Shown: positions 1 through 12,626 of the stretch, piece by piece
Layout of the letters: the number at the start of each line of letters is the position of its first letter
How positions within the stretch are numbered: position 1 is the first letter of the stretch
Assembly (NCBI GenBank): GCA_003614675.1
Contig: ML002337.1
Coordinates: 1-40,614, forward strand
DNA from: Dimargaris cristalligena
Lineage: Eukaryota
Reading direction: 5' to 3'
DNA length: 40,614 nt
Notes under the pieces: generated by a model
The model's input: only the letters and a program-made list of their open reading frames with translations
Told to the model about the DNA's origin: nothing
The model's database searches: none
Program-made: the position numbers and the translations under genes

Positions 1-492
1 CATCTAAGCTATTGACTCGTCTGTTTTTTTCTTTTCTTTTTATCGTTCTGTTTTGGTTTTTATGTATTCCCATGCTAGTGGGTTAGAGGGGGGCTCATTG
101 CCCTGACTTCCCCTATCCCATTTCCTATGCGGATTACTTCGCCCCTTTACTACTATTGCAAACAATAATAAATTGTGATAGCCAAACATAATATATTTGT
201 GAAATACCGTCTAGCTGATCTGAAAGGCAGACGGCATTGGCAAACCCCACTCCCCATTAATTAAGAGAGTGGGCGACATCTTGTTTGGAGGTTGTCTGCT
301 ATTATTGAGTTACGGTGACGAGCAGATCACAGTTGGTGGGGTGGTTTTTCTAACCGTAACCATGTATGCCTTTGGTCAGAAATAGGGCATCAACCTATAA
401 AATCGTACAATACATTGGTCAATTGGGGGTGGTCAGTGGATTGGGTATATATACTGGAATAGTCCACACTATTAAGCAGGCAGCAAAGAAAT

Positions 493-1989
493 TTATTTCG
501 ACCGCATGGCTAAGTGTTCGGGTTTAACCTGGATGGCAAATACGGTCATCCAGTCTAGTAGGGGACTCAGTAATGCCCAGTTACGAGCAGCAGCGAATTG
601 TGAGGCTAGACTATCAAGCAATCGATGAGGAGGTAGCAGCAGGGGTAGTGGTGGTGGCGCGTAAGATGTTGTTGGACTAGGGGAGGGTGCTTTAGGCCCG
701 CTTCGAGTACGATTATAGAGTCGGTCGAATACCCGGGTCAGGAGCTGGAAGGACTCAATGGGATGTTGGTGGGCCTGGAATTCGGACACTACTTGAAGGG
801 CTTGGAGGTCGAGATTCGCCAGGGCCTTCGGATCGGATAATGATGATGATGCCGTAGTGGGTACTCCGGCCGTTACACCAGCGGGGGGTGCGTAGTAGTC
901 GAGCCCAGCCGGTATAAGTACCGTGCGGTCCGACTGGAAACAGGCCAGAGCCAAATCCCAGCGACGGGCGGCGCAAAGGGCATCCAACAGTCGGATCAGT
1001 CGGTCGGGGTCGAGGGAAGGAGGTGATGGAGGCAAAGAAGGTAAAGAGGGAATAATCAGGGCGTCTAGGCTACGGAGAGTGGTCCAGATATCCAGGGCTT
1101 CTAAGGCTTGGCCCTGGTCAAGGTGGTAATCCACGATAATATTGTATTGGAGGGCCGTTTCAGGCCGGCAGTCTTCGGTCTGTATCTGGTGGTAGATGGC
1201 GGCAGCCACGGAAGTAGCGCGGGGGACGGGGTTAAACGACGGAGCAGAAGGGGGGTTTACCGTAGAGCCGGTGGTTGACGACGACGGAATTTTGAGGGCG
1301 GATAGCAGGGCCCAGCAGTGCGTGGAGACATGGATGGGGAGTTGGAGTCGCCGCATGGTACGCCAAAGTTGAACAGCTGCCTCGAAATCGCGGCGGTAGA
1401 TATACGCCTTGAAGAACTGGTTGGCGATCCAGGGGTTGGAGAGCCAGAGTCGGGGCAGGGCTTCGGATTGGAGTAAGGTATCCAGAGTCGACCAGTCACC
1501 CGTGGCCTTACCCTGGGCGATGGCCTGGCTTAGGGCCCGGCGCCGCTCCGCATCTAATAAAGACTGTACCCCAGAAAGGGTTGAGTGAATAGTCGAGGTG
1601 TAGACCTGGCCCTGGCGCTCGACCCGCTTCTCCAGTTGCTGGTTGAAATGGTGGCTGATACGCTCGTAGAGTAGCCGGTCATGGACCTGCTTGGAGGCAC
1701 GGACCTTGGAAAGGGGGTCGTCGTCACTGGTGGGTGCTGCAGCGACGGAGCTCTTATCGGCGGCAGGCTCGACAGAGGAGGAGGGGGGGTTTGGTTGCGG
1801 TGGAGCTGGGGTTAGTGGTTTGAACCGCCAGAACCGGTGGAGGGAATTCTGTAAGGAGAACGAACGGCGGGCGGTATTGTCATAGAAGTAGCTGGGTTGC
1901 GACCAAGGGAGCGAAGCAATCGGCCGCCGCCTGGGAAACCCCGCCAGAGAATAGGACCGGGCAGCAATGCAGGACGAAGCTGCCACCAT
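493..1989 (-). CDS. Probable mitochondrial pentatricopeptide-repeat (PPR)-like protein, 498 aa
   Basis: Single long ATG-initiated ORF with an Arg/Ser-rich, acid-poor N-terminus resembling a mitochondrial presequence. Degenerate PPR-like helical repeats: WIANQFFKAYIYRRDFEAAVQLWRTMRRLQLPIHVSTH, ALQYNIIVDYHLDQGQALEALDIWTTL, RLIRLLDALCAARRWDLALACF. Confidence 0.6.
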   Translation of the reverse strand: MVAASSCIAARSYSLAGFPRRRPIASLPWSQPSYFYDNTARRSFSLQNSLHRFWRFKPLTPAPPQPNPPSSSVEPAADKSSVAAAPTSDDDPLSKVRASKQVHDRLLYERISHHFNQQLEKRVERQGQVYTSTIHSTLSGVQSLLDAERRRALSQAIAQGKATGDWSTLDTLLQSEALPRLWLSNPWIANQFFKAYIYRRDFEAAVQLWRTMRRLQLPIHVSTHCWALLSALKIPSSSTTGSTVNPPSAPSFNPVPRATSVAAAIYHQIQTEDCRPETALQYNIIVDYHLDQGQALEALDIWTTLRSLDALIIPSLPSLPPSPPSLDPDRLIRLLDALCAARRWDLALACFQSDRTVLIPAGLDYYAPPAGVTAGVPTTASSSLSDPKALANLDLQALQVVSEFQAHQHPIESFQLLTRVFDRLYNRTRSGPKAPSPSPTTSYAPPPLPLLLPPHRLLDSLASQFAAARNWALLSPLLDWMTVFAIQVKPEHLAMRSK

Positions 1990-3256
1990 GGGGGACAGAC
2001 GGTCAGCGAGTACGCCTGGGAGATAGAAGGATGCGGAGGTTTGGGGTCCGGGTATCGCGGGTGTTTAGGAGGAGCCTGCGGTTGATAAGTAGAAGAATGT
2101 ATAAGTGGGATCAATAAAGGCAGAGGCGCTGGTGTAGCGAATGGGCACGATATAAAAGACCAGAGAACTAAGGGGGAAATGGGTATACACTACAGAAATG
2201 GGGCCAATGGAGCGACAAGTTGCAAAGGAATAAGGAAGGGAGGTGGGTAAAAGGTTTCTTGAACTGGATGGACCGTGACTATTTCACCCATCTTGGGGAG
2301 GCTAGTTTGCCAAGGAGAGCTTTACTTGACAGAGTGTCTCAAAGACCTTTTGTTTTTTAGGAACCTTTGGACAATTATTACTCTCCCTGCCTTTTAAAGC
2401 GCGTCCGGAGCAAAGCAGTGTAGTAGTAGACTTTTAATAATTAGAATACCTTTTTCCCGACCTGACTGACTATGCATATCCTGGGATTAAATGTACTCTT
2501 TCGGCCTTTATTGTAACGTAACTTTTACAACACCCCCACTCTCCTTAACAATAGTACTAGGTCTATTCCTCTGGTATTATATACCCCTCCTTAATGATGC
2601 CACTACTAACCGGTCCCTTTCTACTCAACGGATACCTTGAAGCCATGAAGGCGGTGCTCAACAGCCACGACATGCCCAGTCCTGTCGCATTCCGTGGATT
2701 TGGCTGGACTTTACGGTCCAGAAGTTTATGGACTCGCTATCCCCGGCCAGTTCAGTATATGCGACTTTTATATATCCCTTGGTTCAATGTAACTTCGGTC
2801 CATCTTATTCTCCTTCTCGTCAATCTCCCGCCTGTCTGTTATTGTGTTCCCTCGCTCCAGCAACCAAAGTACCTCTGCATTGCTTAATGTACTTCCCCCG
2901 GTCCTCTTGTGTTATTACTTACCCACATTATATATATTTTCCCGGTAGCTGTTTAGACATTGTCCGTAGCATAGACTGCCACTTGTTCACTTTCTGACTG
3001 CCAAAGCGAGCTCGCTTTCAGTAGAGTATAGCGCGCCCCGGGCCATTTCCTTACACCTGTAGTTGTGTTTTTGTTTGCGAGACGCGAGTGCTTCCTTCTT
3101 CTACGTTTGTACGATTCCACCTTCCTTTACTTTCAAACTCTTCTATTCACCTTAACCCCCCGTTTCCACCACTTGAGTATACTGTCAAAGACCTTTATTT
3201 AACTTGGAATTCTAGTCGCGTCTCCATAGTTGCATACCTATGCCTTGGTGGCAACC

Positions 3257-6200
3257 ATGACCGATCATACTGGCCACAACCCCTCAAGGCGGGGGAACCC
3301 AAACGGGCGCCGGCGACCCTCCGGTACCTTCGGCAGTCCCAGTGGGGGCTGGAGTCCCGCGCGACCCCTCCCGACCCATCCACACTTCGCAGGCGCCGTT
3401 GCTCCTGGCCCTACCGGGTTTCCGAGCCCATTTCCAGGTAGACCCAACCCGTATTTTATGTCTCCCAATGCCGGTATGATGTCTACTGGCAACGGCTTTT
3501 TTCAACCCACCAACCCTATGATGCCCGGCCAAGGATACTATCCCGGCATGCAGCCTAATCCCATGCACCCAATGCTACCCGCGAATCCCTACATGGGCAT
3601 GTACCAACGGCCGGGCTTTGCCATGCCCATGAATGTACCCATGTCTTCCCCTAGAGCTGGCTACGCACCCCATATGGACAACCGGCATGGTATGTCCGAG
3701 CGGCGAGCGGACTCGTACGGATCCACGGCTCGTTATGACAGGTCGGAGCTGAGTCGACGAACACGATCTCCATCGCCCCAGGTTACTAATGGTAGTTATC
3801 GCTCAGCGGGCCCGGTACCACACTCGCCCAGGAGAGGGGACCGTAGCCCCCGCGTGCGCCGACCGTCCCCCGGTAGCACGGCGTATGAACCGGGAAACCG
3901 GATAGAAGACGGTCACAGGCCGGATTTCCGACACCCCCGTACCCACCGCCACCGCTCTCGTTCACATTCTCGATCGCGTTCCCCTTCGAGGCGACACCAT
4001 CGACCCCGGTCCCCACCCAGGACCCGCCTGCGTTCACGCTCACGATCGCGCTCCCGGTCTCGAATGAGCTCACTGCATAGAGACCCTTCCTTGTCATCAG
4101 ATAGACCCCCTCGGGATGATCATACTCTTTCTCACACGGCTGACCAACCGGCTCCCCCGGATTCTACGCCTGCCGCTCGTGGTAGCGGTGAATCATCCGT
4201 AAGAGCGCCGTTAAGGCAAATCCCCGTGCAAGTCATCCGATCGGAGCCACTAGACCCCCGTCGTGCCCCATCGGATTGGCGGGTCATGTACGACGGTCAC
4301 CTTGATCCCGCGCACCGGGGTAAGCACAAAGATATAGCCAAAAGGCATAACGGGCAGCCTGAGGGTAAGATTCCCGCGGCCGTTCTAACCGACCCCCGTC
4401 TGGGTCGGGAACCTGTATTACCCAAACGGAAGGTCCCCCAACTGCCCCCCGGTTGGCTACAGGCTCCCGATTTTCAATTTGATGAGAGCCAGCCGGGACG
4501 TAACATCAAGTGTTCATTGATGGTGAGTAACATCTCTCCACAAACCACGCGGACCGAACTGACGACCCAGTTTATTTCCTTCGGAAATCTTAGTGGAGTT
4601 AATCTGGAGCTGTGTCCCTACACGGGCAGCAGCTTAGGGGTGGCCCGCATATCCTATTCCATGAAAACCGAAGGGGACCCTATGCCTCGACAGGCCGTCC
4701 AGGCGGCTATTACTCAATTAAACAGGGCGCGTCGCGATCGCCGGGTGCTCTCGTTGGCGCTATTTTCCCAACGGGCTTGGAGCCAACTACTGGCTAAAGA
4801 ACATAAACGGGCCGAGGATCGGTTTATGGGACGTCCAACCGACTCCGACGAACCGTCTAAAACTACATCCAAGCCGAGCGAACCCGCTTCTTTTGGTGCA
4901 GCCAAATCGGTGAGTGATAATAATTCAGCCCACCGGCGTCCACTGGGTACCGGTGGGTCTAAAGTCGATCGGTATGTACCTGACCCGGACCGACCACGCA
5001 CAGGCCCAGGTGACTCTAGCTATCGCGACCGTCGTGGCCGAAGGGTCGACTCATACCGGACGCGTAGTCCTGCTGACCGCAGGAGTCGGAGCCGCACCCG
5101 GCGTCCCAGTCCCTCAGCTGACAACCGCTCCGATAGGAGCAGCAGTATTGCCACGGTATCCACTAGCAACCGGGACCCAATCGATTCCCACTCCCGGCCC
5201 ACTAGGACAAATCAGACGAATCTGCGTTTGTTAGTATCATCAGTTGCCCCTCCGACCGTGTCGCCTGATCAGGTTGCTGCTATGGGGTCATCATTACCGA
5301 TTGCTTCGCCCGCCATAGAAGCTCCTACAGATCCAAAGCAGGTGGCGAAGCGTTTAATTAAAGACGCCCTTATGAACATGTTTGCGGCGGACCTTTACCA
5401 GAAAGTAGTACTACCCGAGGTCCAGGTCCAATGGGAGGGATTTTTTACCCTCGGGACTCCCTCAAAAGGCCAACCTCCGTCTAGTTCCCGCACTTCCGAC
5501 GGCCCTGAACCTGGTCGGGAGGTCCCGTCTCGGAGTGCGACCAATGAGTCGGAGCATCTGGCTTCTCCAGTCACGACAACCGTGTCCGTATCTTATTCGG
5601 TGAGTAAATTGCCCCGGTTTAAAAAACGCACCATGCCGTCGGATTTGTCCACCAGGGACCGTAAACTGTATACCCCGGCCCCGACCGACCCGAGCCGAAT
5701 CCTTCGATCCCCTACTCCTTCAGGTAGTGCAGTAGAACGCGGGGTTAAGATGAGTCCGCGAACGAGCGCGGCTACTACTACTACTACTACTACTACTACT
5801 TTGACTTCAACTTCACGTAACCAACCCGCGAAACTAAACAAGCGGCTGCGCGACTACTTGAGTGATTCGGATAATGAGCATACCTCCGAAAGGAAAAAGG
5901 ACCACTCTAATCGTTCAATTAGACACGCCAATGGGGGGGGCAAGAAACGATCCCGTGCTTATGCGGACCAGCCAAACCCGGCCCGCTCCAACCACAATTC
6001 TTATAGTGGATCGGCCTCCGATAGTGACATGGACACCCACGACTCGGATGTTGATCACTTGGCGTATGCGACCGCTAGTAAACGGCCGCCTTCGTCCCAC
6101 CGGTGCCCAGCTAATGTTACGGCCAGTCGTCCTCCCGTGGACTTCACAAGCAGTAGTGAATCCGACGCCGACGCCGACGAGGAGGAGGAGGGTGGATTTG

Positions 6201-7357
6201 AACGGGGTCACAGGGCAAAGGTGAAGCACGAGTCTACCCTTATTCTCCCTAGCCAAGTGGCCTCCAAGACTATTCCCAAGGCACCGGTTGAAAAGCGGTC
6301 GCCTCCCCCATCTTCATCCCCGCTTCACCCCCCTGGTATTCTGACTGATGAAGGGGTTCGAATCTCCAGAGTCCCATCATCCGCTTCAGCGATGGGAGTG
6401 GTACCGCAAGGGCCACCATGTGCAGCCGCGCCTGTACTTCCCAGGACCAAAAAATCCAGTTTGACTACCGCAAAAGCGGCTAAAGCTACCCCCGTATCCC
6501 CCGAGTCGGCTGAACCTAAATTGGAACTACCGGCCCACTTGACCGGCAGCGCCCGTACCGAGGGGTATTATCCCATCCCCCCGCTGCTCAAGAAACTGTA
6601 CCTGCCGAAGCCCCAGATTCGCCTGGTCAACTCCGTTTCCTCGGCCAATGCGTCTTCCCGTATGAACCGAGTCAACAATCGACGCTTACAGGTTGGCCTT
6701 CAGCAGCATAAACAAACTCTGTTGAATATGCATACTTCGGTGTCATCCTCTCGGCGGGGGGCCCATGCCAAAACAAGCGTGACTGCCAGCGTGGACAGTG
6801 ATACCGCGACTGGAAGCGGTGGTAGTAGTGGTAGTAGTAGTCGTCGCCGGGGAGCCGCCACCACCACCACCGATGCGACATCGGCTATCCACGAGTCGGA
6901 CCTACTTAAATTTAACCAGCTTAAAAGCCGCAAGAAGGAACTCCAGTTCTGTAAATCGGCCATTCACGACTGGGGCCTGTTCGCGATGGAACCCATCAAC
7001 GCCTCGGACATGGTCATTGAATACGTGGGGGAAATTATCCGCCAGAAAGTGGCGGACCACCGTGAACGCATCTACGAACGCCAGGGTATCGGCAGCAGCT
7101 ACCTGTTCCGGCTCGACGAAGATGCGGTGATTGACGCCACCAAAATGGGCAATATGGCCCGGTTTGTGAATCACTGCTGTCAACCCAACTGTAACGCCCG
7201 GATTATTACGGTGGACGGCGGGAAACGGATTGTCATCTACGCCAAGCGGGATATCGACGCGGGCGAGGAAATTACGTATGACTATAAGTTTCCCATTGAA
7301 AAGGACAAGATTCCGTGTTTGTGTGGTGCGGAAGGATGCCGAGGTACCCTGAACTAA
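3257..7357 (+). CDS. SET1: Histone H3K4 methyltransferase Set1 (COMPASS catalytic subunit)
   Basis: First in-frame ATG is at 3257 (the ORF-track start at 3230 is TTG). Contains an N-terminal YD..DPR segment, an RRM ([12 protein letters not shown]...FGNL...[12 protein letters not shown]) and an N-SET region ([15 protein letters not shown]). The SET domain ([42 protein letters not shown]) is followed by a post-[16 protein letters not shown] at the C-terminus. Confidence 0.96.
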   Translation: MTDHTGHNPSRRGNPNGRRRPSGTFGSPSGGWSPARPLPTHPHFAGAVAPGPTGFPSPFPGRPNPYFMSPNAGMMSTGNGFFQPTNPMMPGQGYYPGMQPNPMHPMLPANPYMGMYQRPGFAMPMNVPMSSPRAGYAPHMDNRHGMSERRADSYGSTARYDRSELSRRTRSPSPQVTNGSYRSAGPVPHSPRRGDRSPRVRRPSPGSTAYEPGNRIEDGHRPDFRHPRTHRHRSRSHSRSRSPSRRHHRPRSPPRTRLRSRSRSRSRSRMSSLHRDPSLSSDRPPRDDHTLSHTADQPAPPDSTPAARGSGESSVRAPLRQIPVQVIRSEPLDPRRAPSDWRVMYDGHLDPAHRGKHKDIAKRHNGQPEGKIPAAVLTDPRLGREPVLPKRKVPQLPPGWLQAPDFQFDESQPGRNIKCSLMVSNISPQTTRTELTTQFISFGNLSGVNLELCPYTGSSLGVARISYSMKTEGDPMPRQAVQAAITQLNRARRDRRVLSLALFSQRAWSQLLAKEHKRAEDRFMGRPTDSDEPSKTTSKPSEPASFGAAKSVSDNNSAHRRPLGTGGSKVDRYVPDPDRPRTGPGDSSYRDRRGRRVDSYRTRSPADRRSRSRTRRPSPSADNRSDRSSSIATVSTSNRDPIDSHSRPTRTNQTNLRLLVSSVAPPTVSPDQVAAMGSSLPIASPAIEAPTDPKQVAKRLIKDALMNMFAADLYQKVVLPEVQVQWEGFFTLGTPSKGQPPSSSRTSDGPEPGREVPSRSATNESEHLASPVTTTVSVSYSVSKLPRFKKRTMPSDLSTRDRKLYTPAPTDPSRILRSPTPSGSAVERGVKMSPRTSAATTTTTTTTTLTSTSRNQPAKLNKRLRDYLSDSDNEHTSERKKDHSNRSIRHANGGGKKRSRAYADQPNPARSNHNSYSGSASDSDMDTHDSDVDHLAYATASKRPPSSHRCPANVTASRPPVDFTSSSESDADADEEEEGGFERGHRAKVKHESTLILPSQVASKTIPKAPVEKRSPPPSSSPLHPPGILTDEGVRISRVPSSASAMGVVPQGPPCAAAPVLPRTKKSSLTTAKAAKATPVSPESAEPKLELPAHLTGSARTEGYYPIPPLLKKLYLPKPQIRLVNSVSSANASSRMNRVNNRRLQVGLQQHKQTLLNMHTSVSSSRRGAHAKTSVTASVDSDTATGSGGSSGSSSRRRGAATTTTDATSAIHESDLLKFNQLKSRKKELQFCKSAIHDWGLFAMEPINASDMVIEYVGEIIRQKVADHRERIYERQGIGSSYLFRLDEDAVIDATKMGNMARFVNHCCQPNCNARIITVDGGKRIVIYAKRDIDAGEEITYDYKFPIEKDKIPCLCGAEGCRGTLN
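5774..5800 (+). repeat. (ACT)9 coding microsatellite encoding a poly-Thr run in Set1
   Basis: Nine perfect in-frame ACT units read directly from the sequence. Confidence 0.95.
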
Positions 7358-7522
7358 GTCTCCCTTATTCTTTCATCATTTATTTATTTATCTTTTATAA
7401 TTCTATATACATATATATTACTGTTATTGGATTACTTGTTAAAATCTATACATATAATAATGTCCGTTCCACGTTTTTGTTGCTTTTTGCTGTATGTACT
7501 TGTTGCGCTCTCTCATTCTCTC

Positions 7523-7612
7523 ACACACACACACTCTCTTTCTTATCGCCCCACCTTTTTATTTCCTATACGCTTTAATCCCTCCAGACGTTCATTATTA
7601 TTATTATTATTA
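7523..7612. repeat. Short (CA)n and (ATT)n microsatellites in the AT-rich gap between convergent SET1 and cyclin genes
   Basis: cacacacacac near 7523-7533 and attattattattattattat near 7593-7612. Confidence 0.8.
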
Positions 7613-8375
7613 TTTCTCAATATACTCGACTCTCGCTGTTTCTGTTCGTTTGGCCAAGTGTATCCTGATGCGCTCTTTATATACATGTATGCACGTTTTC
7701 TATATAACAAGTTTATACTTATATATTTATATACAAGCATAAGTTATTATGATCCAAATAGATGATCGAATGAGAGATATCCTTGTCAGTACTCTATAAA
7801 CCCGTATTTCCGTAAATGTATACCAATACTGCTACATGTATGTCCAAGCCAAATGGTTGAAGGCAGGCGTGCCTTTCGATGTAGAAAATACCAAACCGTG
7901 AAATATTTAATTAATGTCCTTTTGGTATAAAGGAAGAGTATGATTAAAGTATGGATAGTAAGGACTGGACAAGGTAAGTAAGGTAGACTATGATCGTTGG
8001 GTAATGGAGGCTTGCGAGGTGTGGGCATATTGGACTGGAGACTGTGATTGGGTGAGAGTGTAAATCTAAAAAATAATAAAAAGGAGAGCGCGAGGAAGGG
8101 GCAAGTGGGGGCAATCCCCGATTTCCAACCACCTCATTCTATTGGGAATGCAAAAATAAAAACCTATACAAACACACTAGATGTTATAACTTGAAATAAT
8201 AATAGAAAATAGTAAGGAACCCATGTAGAATTGAGAATGACTGATACGGTTTCTATAATATTGGAAACCCAAATAATAGATGTATCCTGGAAAGGTCGCC
8301 CCATAACTTACTTACTACGCCCCTTCCCAAACTGGCACAGAGCTAACACTATTAATGACCTATTGAAATACTTGG

Positions 8376-10982
8376 CTACTTCAAATAAAAAGTGGAGTCC
8401 CCTCCCACGTATTCCTGGACGGAACTGATGCCCACACTGCGGAGGGCGCGGTTGAGGTGAGGCATGAATTCGTGGATAGGGACGTACAGGGAGAACTGTA
8501 GGTCGGCGAAGACAGTGAATTCCTGTTCAAGCACCGCCGCCGACGTGACACCCATGACCTTGGGGATAACCGCGAGAAGCTGAGCAGTACTTTCGCCATG
8601 AGGCTCATTGGCCTTAACCGCCAGTAGAAGGCAGGCGGCCGCTAAGCACCGACGGTTGCCTTTATGGATACGCCGGGCGAGGATCAGCTTCTCGAGGTAC
8701 ACATAGGCCAGCGCCACACTGGAGATTTCGTTGCTTGCTTGTTGGGCACACTGTATCAGTCGCAGTTTGAGGTTGCGAATCTTACTCAGGGTGATGCTCG
8801 AGTCAATGAACGCGCCGTGTCGGCGTCGGAAATGTTCATTAAGTTCCCGACGAACGTCCACCGGTTTGTTGTGCTGGATAATAGAGCCAACAAAACCCAC
8901 GAGATTGGAAGTGGTCCGGCGACTGTCGGCCTTGAGACCCGGGTCGTCCAGATAGTTGGGATCATACTGGGTCGGAGGCTGCGGAGCATTCCCAGTGCCA
9001 CCACCAAGCATGGATCGAGCAGCCGATGGTAAAATTTTCGAAACCAACATTGGGTAGCTGGTATGCGAGGGCGGGGTCGGGGGTGGCCAAATGGGGTCCG
9101 TGCCCATGTATGTGGACTTCAGGAGGGGCTGTTCACGTGGTCTAGGTTGGTGTGGGGGAGACGACTCGGTCGGGGTGGTAGCTTCACTACTTGAACTATC
9201 CGTAAAATTAGCGGATATGGACTTTTCGGACGACGCTGAACTGTAGGAGCTCATGGACGGCAAGGCACCTATTAGGCCATCAGCAGCGGATCGAACGGGT
9301 GAACCAGCATCCGAAGGGACAGATCCAAGACGGGCTGGATCAACCGAGGAGCGAGGATAATGAGAAAGGATTTTCCCCGTGCCGTCGTAATCAAAGGTAA
9401 GCGGGGGAGGGATGTTGGGACGATGGAAGGTGGGGTTAGACTCTTCCAAAGGCAATAGAGCCCCGCTAGGATTCAAGTACTGACGGTACGAATGGGTCGC
9501 TGGACCGCCATTACCTCCGCCACCATTAGCGCAAACACCACCGCCACCCCCGCCGCTGCTGGGGTTGCGGGTAGTAGGATTCGAAGGTCGATAATTAACA
9601 GGCAAGTCGCGGGCGTGATGAGCCGCCTTGGCCCGTTTTAAATAGTCGTATACTGAGAAACCCGAACCCGGGGCGGGGAGGTCCGTGGCGGTGGCATTGA
9701 AATCGGTGAGGGTGGGGGCCGGCGCCAAATCTACCGTTGAGCGAGGGTGGTTTCGCAAAGACGTGTCCGCGATTGGTTCGGTTGGTTGTCGGGTGAGCCC
9801 CGCCCCAGGGTCGGAATCCGACCGAGACGAGGGAAGGGGACCGGTCAGGACCTGCCAGCAGCGGGGGATATTGCCCAGCCATTGGCGTATGGTCTCGCCA
9901 CCGACAGCTGTACCCAGGTGCTTCAGAGGCTGGGTCCGGGCACGCAGAAGACTAGCGGAGGCAATGTCGCCAGTATCGTGGTGGGAATCGTTGGCAGTCA
10001 GATCGTGAGGGCAAGTGCGACACTGTGGCCCGGCCTCGTGATAGAGGGGGCCAGATTTCGGAATAGAATGGTCCGAGGTAAGGCTCCCGGGCGCCCCCGG
10101 ATGCAAGGTGGAGAGGTCACGCCCCTGAGGCAGCTCACCCTGGGCGGGACTATTTGCCAAATGGGAGGTGGGGGGCGAGACACGAGAGCAGTCGGAAAAC
10201 TGGCCGGGCGTATCACCAGGAGCCCGGTGACCCCGCCCGCGGGATTTGAAGCCTTGGCCCAAATAGGCCAGCGACTCCCGTAGGGCCACTGCGTCCTCAC
10301 CCGCTATTGGCACGCCGTCCGTGTCGTCCATGGGAAAGAGAGTGGCCGCACGGTGAGGCCCCAGGTGGCCGTGTTCGAGGCAGTCGGCATCGGACTCTTC
10401 TTCGTAATATTCGCCGAGATAATCCGAGCGTGCGGTCAAGTGTTTACCTCGGCCCGGGGTAAATAAAGGTAGTGGGATTATGGAGGGGCTAGAAGTGCCT
10501 TCGGAACCTTCGTACGAGCGGCCCAAGGCCGGCAGGGGGTGGCCCGATGAGGAACGGCGGCGCACAATAGTGGTGGTATCAATGACCAGGGGTTTGGTGG
10601 AGCGCGACAGTGCAGGAAGAGAGGCGCCGGTGTCGGATTCCGCCGCGGGCACGGTGAGATCGCGGGCCGAGCCGCTCCCGGGTCGGTTTCGCGCTTCCCC
10701 GGCAGCACCTATTGGGATAGTGGATAAAGTACGGAGACTCGTTGCGACGTCTCCGTCGGGGGCAAGTGGCTCAAAGCCCGCCTCTACAGGATCCCGGTGC
10801 TGCTTCTTTCCTTTATCCTGCAGGTGGTGGGGCGCATCGGAAGCCGAAGAGATGGGCAAGGCCTTGGGTGGAGCGTCGAGGCGGATTCCGGTGAGGAAGT
10901 GCAAGGCATGCTGGCGGTGGTAGGTGGATAGGGTGGGGTATTCCGTGGCATGGGGCGGGGCTAGGTCCTGCGAAGGGGCCAT
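8376..10982 (-). CDS. CABLES-family (CDK5/ABL substrate-like) atypical cyclin, 868 aa
   Basis: N-terminal RQHALHFLTGIRLD resembles the CABLES N-terminal motif. The C-terminal region YDPNYLDDP...ELNEHFRRRH...ITLSKIRNLK...VALAYVYLEKL...NRRCLAAACLLLAVK...EFTVFADLQFSL matches the CABLES cyclin box. A long disordered Ser/Pro/Gly-rich linker lies between them. Confidence 0.85.
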   Translation of the reverse strand: MAPSQDLAPPHATEYPTLSTYHRQHALHFLTGIRLDAPPKALPISSASDAPHHLQDKGKKQHRDPVEAGFEPLAPDGDVATSLRTLSTIPIGAAGEARNRPGSGSARDLTVPAAESDTGASLPALSRSTKPLVIDTTTIVRRRSSSGHPLPALGRSYEGSEGTSSPSIIPLPLFTPGRGKHLTARSDYLGEYYEEESDADCLEHGHLGPHRAATLFPMDDTDGVPIAGEDAVALRESLAYLGQGFKSRGRGHRAPGDTPGQFSDCSRVSPPTSHLANSPAQGELPQGRDLSTLHPGAPGSLTSDHSIPKSGPLYHEAGPQCRTCPHDLTANDSHHDTGDIASASLLRARTQPLKHLGTAVGGETIRQWLGNIPRCWQVLTGPLPSSRSDSDPGAGLTRQPTEPIADTSLRNHPRSTVDLAPAPTLTDFNATATDLPAPGSGFSVYDYLKRAKAAHHARDLPVNYRPSNPTTRNPSSGGGGGGVCANGGGGNGGPATHSYRQYLNPSGALLPLEESNPTFHRPNIPPPLTFDYDGTGKILSHYPRSSVDPARLGSVPSDAGSPVRSAADGLIGALPSMSSYSSASSEKSISANFTDSSSSEATTPTESSPPHQPRPREQPLLKSTYMGTDPIWPPPTPPSHTSYPMLVSKILPSAARSMLGGGTGNAPQPPTQYDPNYLDDPGLKADSRRTTSNLVGFVGSIIQHNKPVDVRRELNEHFRRRHGAFIDSSITLSKIRNLKLRLIQCAQQASNEISSVALAYVYLEKLILARRIHKGNRRCLAAACLLLAVKANEPHGESTAQLLAVIPKVMGVTSAAVLEQEFTVFADLQFSLYVPIHEFMPHLNRALRSVGISSVQEYVGGDSTFYLK

Positions 10983-12626
10983 GCGTTGTGGGGGGAGTGA
11001 GTATGGGATAGGACGTGAGGGTTATTTAAAACGCACTCTAGACTAGTCCAACAAGAGCTAGAGAGAAGGGATTGGTATGATTACAAAGGAAAATAATATT
11101 AGGTGGGGAACACGGGAGGGTAAAAGCGGAGCAGATAAAGAAAAGATAGGCGTTATGCAGGAAATAAATCAAAGAAGGAATGGAATGGAAGGAAAGGGAA
11201 GGAAAGGAAAGGAAAAGGCAAAAGAGCCGGTCGAAAGCCAAGTGGCCCAAATAGTGCATATACACACCCTCCCCCGCTTAAGCTGTGTGTAAGTGTAGGG
11301 CAACAGTGGGCCAAATACAACTTAGCAGCGACCAACAGGGGAGAGCGAGGGCGTCGCAGGTTTTACCAGGCCCTAGAATCGAGTGCGTAAATGATGTGGC
11401 GGCTGGCTCTCCTTTAGCACCTGAGACGGCCTGTCAAGGTATCGCACATACCAAGGCAGTTATCGTTTGTTATGGCCGGGTTCCTCAATTACAGACAGGG
11501 CTGCTGTGGGGGTATTTCCCCCATTACATACGTAAGTGGCAGTGTTAGGGCTAGTATGTAAAAGGAGCCTTCCTATCTATAAATAATAACTCGTCAGTGG
11601 GTTTCACAGACCAACCCACACTGGTTACGCCGTCTTTCAAACTGCGTTCTTTATCCTGGAGGCTTAGTGGTAAGTAGTAAGCAAAGGCGAGGGAAAATGT
11701 CCGATTTTCGTGGTCTTCTGGACCACGCAGGGGCGAGCCCCTCCAATTAAACGCACCCCGTCTAATGTTAATAATGGTACGCTTTCTGGCAAACCCGACC
11801 ACCTGAGCAATTGACTGGCGGGGGACCCTTTCTCTCTATTCCCCCGACAGAAGAAATGGAGGGTAAAGGGTAAGGGTGCACCCCGTTTCCACTCCCAGCC
11901 GCATTGGTACTAGTGCCTTTAACTCCCCATCTGTTCTACTCGTCCCCTCCCCGGTGCCAGTTGACCCCATCTTGGGTGATGGTGCTTAAACTGTCCCCAG
12001 CCCCTGCCATAAACCCAATTCTACGATATTCTAAGTAAGCAGAGGCCTCGCTGGTGATTATACAGATACCCACATATTCAATCAAACATTCTTTCATTAG
12101 AGTATAAGAGTGAAGGTGTTCGACTGGCTGTATAGCCAGGGGAGTTAGAGTAGTTAAAATTACAAGGGTAAGAGTGGGAAAAAAGAGCTGCTAATAGATA
12201 TAATATATATATATATATAACCGGATATATACAAACATAGATGAGTAAAATGGGAAAATACAGTCCGCCCCAAAACAAGGGAGTCTCGGGATATGCCGAT
12301 AGAACAAACGGATCTCAGCTGAGACCCCCAAAATGGGAAAGCAGGTGAGCATCGAAAACAAGAAACAGCGGATTTCCCCCGTCCTGTTCTCAATTTGCTA
12401 ACGGAGTATGCCTCTCTAGTGGCGTGAACCTAATCTGGCAGGTCTATATTAAATCCAGGGATTGCCAGGGCTCAGTGGTCCAATTATAGCACGACTGGGA
12501 GGAGGCCTAGTGGAGTTCCAGTTTCGGGAGGGGGGTTGGCTCGTAGGTGGGCGAAAAAGGGATATGCACGTGTGGATGGGTCATTCGCGGTTCTCAGGCC
12601 CTATATTACCCTATTCCCCAACGCTA

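Noticed and set aside
7315-8132. Hydrophobic Tyr/Ile/Leu-rich small ORFs
   Set aside because: Artefacts of AT-rich, microsatellite-containing 3' UTR/terminator sequence between convergent genes.
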